Part shown: positions 1-10,901 of the stretch, one piece after another
How the letters are laid out: the number at the start of each line of letters is the position of its first letter
Position numbering within the stretch: position 1 is the stretch's first letter
Origin: Octopus bimaculoides
Lineage: Eukaryota
NCBI RefSeq assembly: GCF_001194135.2
Contig: NC_068985.1
Coordinates: 4,627,498-4,688,924 of the forward strand
Direction of reading: 5' to 3'
Length of the DNA stretch: 61,427 bases
The notes under the pieces: model-generated
What the model saw: only the letters and a program-made list of their open reading frames with translations
Told to the model about the DNA's origin: nothing
The model's database searches: none
Position numbers and translations under genes: made by a program

Positions 1-450
1 ATGAAGAAATTATTTAAAGACTAGGATCATTGCCACTGTTGCCTGACTGGCTCCTGTGCTGGTGGCATCATTCAACCCATGCCAGCATGGACAACGGATA
101 TTAAATGATGATGAAGAAATTATTTAAAGACTAGGATCATTGCCACTGTTGCCTGACTGGCTCCTGTGCTGGTGGCATCATTCAACCCATGCCAGCATGG
201 AAAACGGACGTTAAACGATGATGATGATAATGGAAACCCATTAAGAAAAGGAAATACACTAAATAGATGAGAAATTTAATCATTTGCATAATCTTTGAAG
301 AGAAATTATGGATGCAGACAATGAAAGAGTGAAATAAGCGTTGGGCAGATGGAAGGCATCTCTCTATGGTTTTGTGTTCTCTAAAACAATTACTTTGAAT
401 ATTATTAACAAGAGATCAAATAGGAAATTTTAAAATGTATTCTGACTTAC

Positions 451-660
451 TACGTCAATATTCGTTTTAAACTGCCTCAACTCATCATTACATTCGTATA
501 AAGATTTACCATTATTGCATACAGTGTAGATAAGCATTCCAAGAGAGAACATATCGCTTGCCGGGCTGCAGGTCATCGTTAAAGAATATTCTGGAGCCAA
601 ATAATCCAGTTTAGGTTGGGAAATAGGTGGATAATCAATTTCCCATTCTTGAAAATCAAA
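451..660 (-). CDS. SCYL2: SCYL2 coding exon 5 (FDFQEWEIDYPPISQPKLDYLAPEY...SDMFSLG...FKTNIDV); gene continues left of the window
   Basis: TTTCTTCAG acceptor and GTA|GTAAGT donor. 210 nt. YLAPEY and SDMFSLG correspond to kinase subdomains VIII-IX. Confidence 0.95.
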
Positions 661-1029
661 CTGAAGAAAGATTTTGGAAAATATAAATAAAAAAAACATT
701 AAAAAGTAAATAATAATAGTGAAGAAACAAAATAAAAACATCAAACACCACAGAATCGACAGCATCAGACATTACTAGCATGATGTACAACAATGGTTTT
801 CATCTGGGCTCCATATGAGCCCTGGGGATTCAGAGAAGAATCTTAGGAGCTCACACAAGCAAAATGGTAAATTGGGGGCCCACAGTAGTAAATTAAGGGT
901 CTATGAAAACCATTTTGCTTTAGATCAGTGGTTCTCAAACTGGGGTCTGTGGTTCCAAAGGGGGCCACAAAACGATTTTAGGGGGACTGGAAAGGGACGC
1001 TGAAGTATTGTGAAAATAGGATGGCTTAA

Positions 1030-1250
1030 CCCTTTCGTTACCAACCTGGCTGAAACCACCTCTGGCTCTGAGTACAAATGTCTCGTTTTCATAAGTTCTG
1101 AATTCAAATCTTCCACCAAACCTTAGTCACAATTTATGTTCCTAACACAAGCTGAATGATAACTAAGTTATTTTACTAGATTCTTTGTTATATTTTAAAT
1201 TAACTGAAAGAAACACAGAGCATCTCAACAGAAATACAGTAACAAAAGGG
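1030..1250. mobile_element. piggyBac-type MITE, 221 bp
   Basis: TTAA|CCCTTTCGTTAC...GTAACAAAAGGG|TTAA. Confidence 0.8.
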
Positions 1251-1726
1251 TTAAAGACAGTTAAATTTTAAATTTCAAGACTTTCAATTTTTCGCATGCA
1301 ATGGAGATTATGATTCTGAAACAATTTCCAAAAATTTTTGTAGTTAGGTTTAGTGTCAGGGTGTTAGGGTTAAGGTTTTAGAGTTAGGGGTAGGGTTTAG
1401 GGTTGGGGGGGGGTGTTAGGGTTAGGGGGTTAGGGAAAAAGTAAAAAATGAAGAAATGTGGGGAATGGGGGGCAAAATTTCAAAATGCTGATTTTTGACA
1501 ATTTTCCAGAATCTCTGTATCCGAAAACGGGGGTTTTTGAAGAAAAAAAAAATTGGGCGGAAATGGTTGGGGACGGGAGGAAGTCTTTCCAAAATATGCT
1601 ATAGTTTATTAATTGCTTTCATTATAAAGAATAAAAAGTTTTGAATGGTACAACAATGCACTATTACACAAAAAATGGACTACGTACCTGTTGTAATTTG
1701 AGAGTTATAAATGCTGAGAAACTTAC

Positions 1727-1876
1727 ATTTTGACTAGATTTGTTGTTACTGGAAATGCAGAATTCAAACCCACTGAGTTTCCAGGCCCCGTTTTTGTTTA
1801 CAATGATTGATTCAGGACAGATGTTGTGGTGCATCATATTGACATCGTTGTGCAAGAAGGCCAATGCTTCAACAAG
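1727..1876 (-). CDS. SCYL2: SCYL2 coding exon 4 (LVEALAFLHNDVNMMHHNICPESIIVNKNGAWKLSGFEFCISSNNKSSQN)
   Basis: CTGCAG acceptor and AAT|GTAAGT donor. 150 nt. Degenerate kinase motifs (HHNICPE at the HRD loop, GFEF at DFG), as expected for SCY1-like pseudokinases. Confidence 0.95.
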
Positions 1877-2137
1877 CTGCAGAGACAAAAAAAAAACAAA
1901 AAAAAAACCCAAAAATTCCATAAATTCAGGTCAGTGATCCACAAACAATTAGCCACGTGTATTTATTTGCAGTCAGGCTAAGAAGAAAGGGCAGCAGTCA
2001 ATGCCCAAGAAAAAAATAGAGGGAAAAGAGTAACAGTAGGAGAAGTAAAATGAAAGTGAGAGGAACAGGTATAGTAACAGTCAGAGTGGCAGGTTTCATT
2101 CCAATTCCAATAATATGAGTTATCTCCCTTATGAATG

Positions 2138-2141
<4 letters not shown>

Positions 2142-2222
<81 letters not shown>
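2142..2222. repeat. (GT)n microsatellite
   Basis: Uninterrupted GT run. Many other (TA)n, (CA)n, (TAA)n and (GAT)n tracts occur across the window. Confidence 0.95.
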
Positions 2223-2231
<9 letters not shown>

Positions 2232-2599
2232 CGCTTTAAAATGAATTTGCTTTGTTTTCAGTTTTTTTTTTCCTCTTTGAAAATAAACCATGTAATAATA
2301 TTCTTTTACTTGTTTCGGTCATGTTGACTGTGGCCATGCTGGAGCACCGCTTTTAGTCGAACAAATTGACCCCAGGACTTATTCTTTCTAAGCCTAGTAC
2401 GTATTCTATCAGTCTCTTTTGCCGAACCACTAAGTTACTGGGATGTAAACACACCAATATCGGTTGTCAAGCGATGGTGAGGGAACAAACATATAAAAAG
2501 TTCGAATGATCCGAACATGTTTTTTCTTGTCCCTCTTTTGTATCATCTGTCTGGATGTTTTGCATTCTTGTCCCGTTTTTTGTATTCCTTTATATATAT

Positions 2600-2790
2600 A
2601 TGGGAGAATTTACGAAAAAAACAACAACAGACGAGGACAGGTGGTGTAAACAACAAAAGGATGTATTAGTTTAACGCTCGGAAATAGAGAAAGTCTTTAA
2701 CATTTCGAGGTATGCTCTTCAACAGAAAGAAATAAGGAGAAAAACAAGGAAAAAAAATATATAAATGTAGTGGTCAGCGATCTATCATGG
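2600..2790 (-). mobile_element. Penelope-like terminal repeat carrying a hammerhead-like motif (family B); runs into a gap
   Basis: Homologous to 39818-39995. Both begin at (TA)n-GGGAGAATT and contain TCTTT-CTGT(T/G)GA...GAAAT-GTT-AAAGA on the minus strand. Confidence 0.5.
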
Positions 2791-3189
2791 NNNNNNNNNN
2801 NNNNNNNNNNNNNNNNNNNNNNNNNNNNNNNNNNNNNNNNNNNNNNNNNNNNNNNNNNNNNNNNNNNNNNNNNNNNNNNNNNNNNNNNNNNNNNNNNNNN
2901 NNNNNNNNNNNNNNNNNNNNNNNNNNNNNNNNNNNNNNNNNNNNNNNNNNNNNNNNNNNNNNNNNNNNNNNNNNNNNNNNNNNNNNNNNNNNNNNNNNNN
3001 NNNNNNNNNNNNNNNNNNNNNNNNNNNNNNNNNNNNNNNNNNNNNNNNNNNNNNNNNNNNNNNNNNNNNNNNNNNNNNNNNNNNNNNNNNNNNNNNNNNN
3101 NNNNNNNNNNNNNNNNNNNNNNNNNNNNNNNNNNNNNNNNNNNNNNNNNNNNNNNNNNNNNNNNNNNNNNNNNNNNNNNNNNNNNNNNN

Positions 3190-3228
<39 letters not shown>

Positions 3229-3562
3229 CGGGCTTCTTTCAGTTTCTGGATACCAAATCCACTCGCAAGGCTTTGGTCGGCCCAAGGCTAAAGTCGAAGA
3301 CACTTGCCCAAGGTGCCATGCAGTGGGACTGAACTCGGAACTATGTGGTTGGGAAGCAAGCTTCTTACCACACAACTACGTCTGCGCCAAACATGCTGTG
3401 TTTTCAGTTCTTTTCTTTTTCCCCCTTTGAAAATAAACCATGTAATATTGTTTCTATATATTTATAGCAAACATTAACGGCAAAAAGAAACATTTGTTTT
3501 TAATAGTGAAAATCACTTTCCATAAATATTCTCTCTCTCTCTCTCAGGACATAGATACTCAC

Positions 3563-3707
3563 CTGAAGTAGACCGTATTTTATTTCCACTTCATACAGCT
3601 TGTGTTCTTCCAGCTCCTTTGGTAGGGGAGCCGGCAAATTCTGATAATACTTCACAACATTGGCAAGACTTGCAAATATCGGTTCTGTAGCAAATGCTAA
3701 ACTTTCT
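3563..3707 (-). CDS. SCYL2: SCYL2 coding exon 3 (ESLAFATEPIFASLANVVKYYQNLPAPLPKELEEHKLYEVEIKYGLLQ)
   Basis: CTGCAG acceptor and CAG|GTGAGT donor. 145 nt, phase 2 to 0. Contains LAF.TEP.FASLANV and LY.VE.KYGLLQ. Confidence 0.95.
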
Positions 3708-4455
3708 CTGCAGATTGATAGAAACGGCAGAATTTATCAACTCGATAAGACAAACAACAACTCATACAAAATGTAAAAACGCCAAGAGGTCTAACAACAA
3801 CATAGAATGTTCTGCTTGTTAAATGGCTCGTAACATGAATGAAAATTAATTAAGCGTAAAGTGAAGAGCTGACAGAATCAGTAGAATGGCAGGTAAAATG
3901 CTTAGCAGCAGTTGGTCTGTCTACATCATGGGTTCAAATTCCACCGAGGTCAACTTTGCTTTTCATTGTTTTGGGGGCCAATAAAATAAGTACCAGTTGA
4001 GTACTGGGGTCCGATGTAATCGATTTAACCCACCCCCCTCCGAAATTACTGGCCTTGTGCCAAAATAATAAAGCAATATTTATTGAACGTCCAACTGATT
4101 CCCATGAGAACCACTCTTAGACACACTCCAACCTTTGATACATAACTGTACTGTCTCCTCTCTCTCTCTCTCTGATACTTTGATGGCCTTTGCTCCTGGG
4201 ATCTGGTTGAAGTAATGCTACATTCACTGAGGCATTCCTATTCCATTCATCGCTCCTCTACTCATCACCCCTGTAGCGCACAACCCTCAACTCCCCACAC
4301 TGGTCACTACGGCCAACCCTTCCTTCTCTGAATGCTCACCTTCCATTAGTCCCTTTCAGTTACTGACTTACAAAGCTTTGATGGAGACAATAACATGAAC
4401 CCTACCAATTTAGTAGGGTCTACAAAGGCCATGGACACTGCCTCTTCCTCTTGAC

Positions 4456-4719
4456 CAGTGGTTCTCAACTGGAGTTCATTCGACCCCTCGGGTCCACTTA
4501 AGATTTTGTTGCTAGAATTTATGTACTATAAATTGGTTAGACACAAAATATTTCAACTATTATTTTAAATACAATTTCTAATAACATTTGGTTATTAAAA
4601 TAGGGTTTCTTTTAGAATATTGAATGGTTATGGGGTCCAGTAGAGTAAAACAAGAATCAAAGGGGTCCATAGACAGGAAAAAAAGGGGTCCATAGAAAAA
4701 AAGGGGTTGAGAACCAATG
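4456..4719. mobile_element. hAT-type MITE (CAGTGGTTCTCAAC TIRs)
   Basis: CAGTGGTTCTCAAC...GTTGAGAACCAATG; TSD not recognisable. Related ends at about 926, 16970-17365 and 44169. Confidence 0.65.
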
Positions 4720-5531
4720 AGGACCCAGCAAGTAAAATTTTTTAAGAAATTGCTTTTCATAACATTTTCACCTGCCTTCCTGACTATTATCGTTTCTCGT
4801 TTTCCTGTTTCATAAAATAAAATTGTTAAATCACAGCAAAGGGAGGGGTTCAAAGAAGTAATCCTTAGATAGGACACCTACACTGAATACTTGCAGCAAA
4901 GTGGACTCCATTTAAAGCACCAACAACCCAGGTGGTGGTGGTGCAGACCGAAGGGACTTGAAGTCAGAGCCTGGCTCCAAGAACCTGTGACATTAAACAG
5001 ACAAGGAACCAGTATTCTTACTATTACATACACTAATTTATTACATAGAGGCATCAATCATCTATTTTGGCAATGGTTTCTACAGCCTGGTGCCCTTCCT
5101 AATGCCAACCACTTTACAGAGTGTACTGGATACTTTTTACATGGCACAAGTACAGGTGCTGTTCATGTGGCACAAGTATGGGTGCTTTTCATGTGGCATT
5201 ATATAATGCATGCATTATAGCTTCAGAGTTCTATTACTCTTCACTTTTCAAAGAAAATTTTTTTAATTCAGCAAACTTCCATACTAAAAAAAAAAAAATT
5301 TTAATTAAAAACAAAAAAAAATGTCCTCCAGAAATTAAAATGGTAAAACTGCAAAACTGCCCAAGCTACACAAATAAGTCAATTTGTTGAAGTTTGATTA
5401 TGGCAGTGGCATCATCTCCTGAAATATTGCATGAATAGCTAAGAGTGTTTCCAAAGATTTGTGAAATTATAAAAATCTTGGTTTACATTATTTACATTTG
5501 ACAGATATTTGTCCTCATTTTGTTTGTTGTT

Positions 5532-5577
5532 AACACAACGTTTCTGCTGATATAGCCTCCAGCCTTCATCAGGTGTC
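5532..5577 (-). ncRNA. Hammerhead motif family A copy (stem II base mismatch)
   Basis: GACAC-CTGATGA-A-GGCTG(n10)CAGCA-GAAAC-GTT-GTGTT. Confidence 0.55.
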
Positions 5578-5584
5578 TTGGGGA

Positions 5585-5585
<1 letters not shown>

Positions 5586-5618
<33 letters not shown>

Positions 5619-5977
5619 GATATAGCATGCCCAACTGACAACAAGGTATGCGATAAGGAAGAAAGAAAAGTCGAGAGATATGACAGGTTAGCTTGGGAAG
5701 TTAAGCAGTTGTGGTCGATGAAAAAGGTAGCAGTAGTACCAATAATTGTCAGAGCCCTGAGAACAGTGAGCAAAAATCTCAAGAAGTACGTGGAACAAAT
5801 AGGGGCTGCAATAAGGGTGGAGCACTTGCAGAAAACAGCACAGCTTGGAACCGCTCGAATACTCCGGAAGGTGCTCGAAAAATAAGAGGTGTTACCTTAG
5901 TTCACTGGTAGTGAACAGGTGACACTGTAGTACATCTCCAGTGTTAGAAGCTGTGCAAAGGTAATAATAATAATAAC
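5586..5977 (+). mobile_element. R4/Dong-clade non-LTR retrotransposon 3' fragment in (TAA)n
   Basis: Restriction-like endonuclease tail IACPTDNKVCDKEERKVERYDRLAWEVKQLWSMKKV...GTARILRKVLEK*, with (TAA)n on both sides. Confidence 0.85.
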
Positions 5978-6025
5978 ATCGAAAAATACCTTAGGAAAGA
6001 GAACCCAGTTTTGAAATTTCCCCAA

Positions 6026-6068
6026 GACACCTGATGAAGGCTGGAGGGTATATCAGCTGAAACGTGTT
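6026..6068 (+). ncRNA. Hammerhead motif family A copy (cleavage triplet deleted)
   Basis: GACAC-CTGATGA-A-GGCTG(n10)CAGCT-GAAAC-GTGTT. Confidence 0.5.
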
Positions 6069-6203
6069 AACAATAAACAAGATGAGGACAAATATCCGTC
6101 AAATGTAAATAATGTACATAATTCCTCATCTCTTCAATACAGAACTGTGAAATCTTGTTTTAATTTGAAAGCAGCCAAAAAATATTGAGAGGTAACAACT
6201 CAC

Positions 6204-6361
6204 CGTGACTCTTCCAAAGGATGCAAAACAGAAAGAATTCTCGGATGCCGTAACCGTGTCAACTGAGACACACCTCTCTTTAAGACATCAGTGATGATGT
6301 CACGGTCTCGCTTGGAGTATCGTTCAAGTAACCTTTTTTCAAATACAAATATAGCCACCTC
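6204..6361 (-). CDS. SCYL2: SCYL2 coding exon 2 (EVAIFVFEKRLLERYSKRDRDIITDVLKRGVSQLTRLRHPRILSVLHPLEES)
   Basis: TTGTAG|GAG acceptor and CG|GTGAGT donor. 158 nt, phase 0 to 2. Contains the hallmark QLTRLRHP..L...HPLEES. Confidence 0.95.
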
Positions 6362-6929
6362 CTACAACAAACAGAAGAGAAAATATATAAACAAGATACA
6401 AAAATAACAAACAACTAAACATTAGCTGTTTCCCACCCACCATGATGAAGAAGGGTAGTAATAAGAAGAAGAAATGAGGTATCATCATCATCATCGTTTA
6501 ACGTCCGTTTTCCATGCTGGCATGGGTTGGATGGTTCGACTGGGGTCTGGGAAGCCAGGAGGCTGCACCAAGCTCCAGTCTGACCTGACAGTATTTCTAC
6601 AGCTGGATGCCCTCCCTAACACCAACCACTCAGAGAGTGTAGTGGGTACTTTTTACATGCCACTGGCACAGGGGCCAGAGGGGGCTGGCGTTGACCATGT
6701 TTGGATGGTGCTTTTATGTGCCACCGGCACAGGGGCTAGTCAAGGCAATGCTGGCATCAGCCACATTCAGGTGGTGCTTTTTACCCTTCTGTATCCAAAT
6801 TACTTTGTCAAATATGATGCTTAATTATTCCCAAGAGTTTTGAATTAATCATGCATTATCTCGTCATTTCAAGAAATATATATATATAACCCTCTTTCAT
6901 GGGGCCGAAGAGATGATAGTCCAGTGACG

Positions 6930-7180
6930 ATGATAGTCCAGTAACGAGGAAGTGAAAACTATAAGGAAGAAGTGGCCCAAAAAACAGTCAACAGAATTTT
7001 ACGGGGTAGGGATACACGCTCTCATTCGAAAGTGGAACATTGCTATTGAGAGAAACGGTGACTATGTTGAGAAGTAAGGATGTGATCCACAGAGGACCAG
7101 CTTCATTTTGATGTATGATACATGTTCCTGTGTTGGTAATTATATTCGTGTCCTAAACAAAATACTTTTTGACTCGTATT
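6930..7180 (+). mobile_element. mariner transposase 3' remnant
   Basis: FYGVGIHALIRKWNIAIERNGDYVEK* resembles the mariner C-terminus (FY..GI..L..RW.KCI..NGDY). Confidence 0.6.
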
Positions 7181-7684
7181 TTACTAAGGTTATTTCTACA
7201 GATATTCTATAGAAATTTTAGCCAACATTGATTTTTTGCAACAATGTTTCGTATTGAGACATCTGATGTAAACAAAGAATGAGATTGAAGACAAAAATAG
7301 GTAATGAGAATATATGCCACATTCTGTGGGGGGGTCTCCTTCATCAGCATCCATCTGACCCATTCTCACCTCCAAATACATTGCTTATATAACCACTGCC
7401 ACTGCATACAGTGGTGTTAAGTTATCAAATATACCAATTTACATATTAAACACATTCCTGGAGCTGGTATGTAAATATTAGCGACTTGTAGGCACGTGCT
7501 ATTTCGTTAAGCAACCACAATACACTATAAGGTACACTAAATGTACCTATAGCTACAATTAGTATACTAATAATTTCATAATGCCTGAAAATAAGAATTG
7601 CATTAAAGTTAGAATGTTTTCTGTCCACAGATCAACCTTGTAAAGGTTGACCTCGGAGTAAAGAAGAGAAAATATCATTTCTAC

Positions 7685-7837
7685 CTGTTTGGTTGTTCTC
7701 TTCACACCATTGTACACCTTCCATAACAAACCGGGCCCAGCACTGGCTATCTGACTTAAGAGTTCAAAATCCCTTGATAATGGATTTCCAGGCAAAGCAT
7801 TGCTCACAACTGTTTTCAATTTGTTAAACATATCCAT
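7685..7837 (-). CDS. SCYL2: SCYL2 coding exon 1 (start codon; MDMFNKLKTVVSNALPGNPLSRDFELLSQIASAGPGLLWKVYNGVKRTTKQ)
   Basis: ATG at 7837. Donor CAG|GTAG at 7685/7684. Acceptor (pyrimidine tract + CCAG) at 7900 gives exon 7899-7685. Peptide matches the recalled SCYL2 N-terminus (GNPVTREF...IASGGNGLAWKIFNGTKKSTKQ). Confidence 0.95.
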
Positions 7838-9059
7838 TTTGTTTTTTTACTTCTTGTTCTTTTTCTTTTTTTCTGTACTTATTCAGCTGTCTAATAATGC
7901 TGGAAAAGAAAGAAGAGAATAATTGAGATAAATGATGATGATGATGATGATGGGCAGTTTCTTCGTGTCTGGAAATCAGAAGGGAGAGCAACACATCCTC
8001 AAGTGATTGTTTGTTATGTAAACCAATCCTTGACCCCCCCCCCCACCGCCCCGCCTACAGGGCTTTCCGTCCTGCCTGCATTAAGTAGTTTCAAAGTGAG
8101 AATCAAGTTCACACATTCCCCGTTTTTATACTCAAAGGTCTGACCACTGTGGCTCACCGAGCTAAGATGGTTGTGGTGGCCATCAAGCTGTGAGTTTCAC
8201 ATTGGAATGGCCATCATCTGTTAGTGTAGACAGCTTTGTGAGAGAAGAGTGAAGAAACTGCAGACAGCATTAGATGTATTCTTTGTAAAGCATTGTTGAG
8301 AAAGAACTTCATCCAAGACGTAGCAGCTTCGGCCCCGTTTTGATTGTTGCTTTTCAACTGAATTAAGCTTTTATTATTCAGATTCCTCTGTCATTTATAT
8401 AATACTTGTTTATTCACATTGTTTTCAATTAATCACACACTATATTGTAGTTTAGAGATTTTAATGATGTGACTATGTATATAATGATATTGAAGGATAG
8501 GTGTGAAAGGCTAGATCTGGTCAATATGAACATAAAATGGGCAGAATATTTGGGCCAGATTAAATGCTAAAGGGTTGATGGTAAGTAGGCCTGGATATAT
8601 GAGATTAAGATTTGTTTTCAATAACTGGGTCTCACGAAGGTAAAGTGGCAGATGCCAGTGGCACATGAAAAGCTTCAAGTGTTGGGCCTCACGGAGCCAA
8701 TGACCGAGACCTTTCGCACTGTCTCATACTTGAGAAGAAGACCCATTGAGCCAAGTAAAATCACAGTTGTGGCAGATACCGGAGTCACGCAAGCGGCACG
8801 TAAAAGCACCTATTACACTCTCGGGGTGGTTGGTGTTAGGAAGGGCATCCAGCCATAGAAAACCATGCCAAATCAGACTGGGGTTTGGTGCAGCCTTCCA
8901 TCTTACCAGCCCCGGTCAAACTGTCCAACACAAGCCAGCATGGACAACAGACATTGAATGATGATGTTTCATAATTCTATAACATTAAACATTAACTAAC
9001 TAAAGTTTCTAATTTTTTTTATAACTTTTGATTACGTGTAACATTATGTTGTTTGAGGT

Positions 9060-10620
9060 TATCTAAAGGTATTAATTGCTTGTCACATGAAATGCTTATC
9101 AACTTCATTTGAATTTGTCTCTTTCATAAGGCGACAGGGACAGGCAAAGAATGCTACTGGAAGTCTGCAGCTTTGACCCTGCACACAGGTTGTCATAGCG
9201 ATGGCTGTTTTTCACAGACCTGAGATAAACGGGTATTTTGATATCTTTTCAAGATGACAGAGCAGACCCCATTAGGTGCAGCACTGCTCTCGCCAATCTA
9301 AGGACAAGGGACTGAAAAGGAACCCTTATCAAAGCCTGCTCTAACTGAACTTACCAGGCCATCTCTCCTGGTTGGTCACCAGTTGGTGTAGCTGAAGACA
9401 CAGAGAAACTTATTAATCCAGACACAACCAAAACACCAGTAAATCAATCCTTGGCTCTTGAATTATTACGGCACAACTGGAGAGTGACAAGAGACCTGAG
9501 CACCAAACTGTTCTTATAGCCAGAACACTGAGCAGATGCAACACTGACATAGCTGCACTGAGTGAGACGAAATTTGCAGAAGAGGGTCAGCGAGAGGAGT
9601 TTGGGGCAAGTGAAACAGTCTTCTGGTTAAGTTCAAAGAGGAAAACAGCACTTTGTTCTGCAATCTCATCTTGCTAACAGACTCAACTCACTCAACAAAG
9701 GAATTAATGACCATTTCATGAAGCTGTACCTTGAATTGGCAAGTAACCACCATCAAAAGTGCCTACACCCCAACCATAACCCACATGGAGGAATCTGAAG
9801 AAGCCGTCTGTGACAACATCATCATCATCAGTTTAACATCAGTTTTCCATGCTGGCATGGGTTGGACGGTTCGACTGAGGTCTGGAAAGCCAGGGGGCTG
9901 CACCAGGCTCAAATCTGATTTGGCAATGTTTCTACAGCTAGATGCCCTTCCTAACGCCAACCACTCCGAGAGTGTAGCGAGTGCCTTTTACATGCCACCA
10001 GCACAGGGACCAGGCATCGACCACGATTGGATGGTGCTTTTTACGTGCCACCAGCATGGGGACCACAACTACAATTTCCATTTGATTGTGATTTGATTTC
10101 TTTTGATGTTGATGTGCTTGACTCAACAGGTCTCCTCAAGCACGGCCTGTTGCCCTACGATCTCATCTGCCTTCATTTGGTTTGCAACATCAAGTGGCAG
10201 GACACAGTCCTCAACACAGGGATTCAAGCAAGATGCAACATTTTAGGCATAGAATGCTTCCTTATCAAAATACAACTGAGGTGGGTTGACCATGTGGTAT
10301 GCAAGGAAGACACTCACTTACCTAAAGCCTTTCTTCTATGGTCAACTTAGCTCTGGTGCCAAGCAACAAGGCTGTCCATTGCTCCATGATAAAGACAATC
10401 TAAAGATCTACTCGAAAACCTTTTAAGATAAACCTTGAAGACAGGAATTGTTTGTGCTCAATAGAACTTGGTGGAGAAGCTCTTGCTACCAACTTGAATC
10501 TGACTTTCGAGGTGGTCAAGATCAACACCCAACATAGAGCCAGGTCAAGTCTGTCACCAAAGAGAGGAGACACGGACTGCAATATCTGCAGATAGATCTG
10601 AAAATCAGACATAGGCCTGA
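9060..10620 (+). mobile_element. Degenerate RTE (BovB-like) LINE: 5' UTR and AP-endonuclease start joined to the C-terminal region, with a SINE at 9815-10140
   Basis: RPEHQTVLIARTLSRCNTDIAALSETKFAEEGQ (APE N-terminus) and IKWQDTVLNT...QLRWVDHVVCKED.HLPK (RTE C-terminus). Confidence 0.75.
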
Positions 10621-10901
10621 ATTCCCATACGAAACGACACAGCAAAACATCAGGCTAAAAACAATGCGTAGAAGTAACAAGTGTCTAATAAAAATAATAA
10701 CAATAAGATTTATAGGAAAACTACTTGTCTATATACGTGTATATATGAACATAATTCTAAAGCAATCACTACCTCTAGTTGACAGGGAACTTAATGTGCA
10801 TTCTTTTAATTTTTTTAATGGTTTCAGTAGTAGGGCTGCAGCCATGCTGGAACACTATGTGTCTGCATGTAAACGGATATATATATATATATATATATAT
10901 A

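Noticed and set aside
1-228. Tandem 110-bp duplication at the window start
   Set aside because: It consists of SINE tail sequence at the window edge; a local duplication or assembly overlap cannot be told apart and no function is evident.
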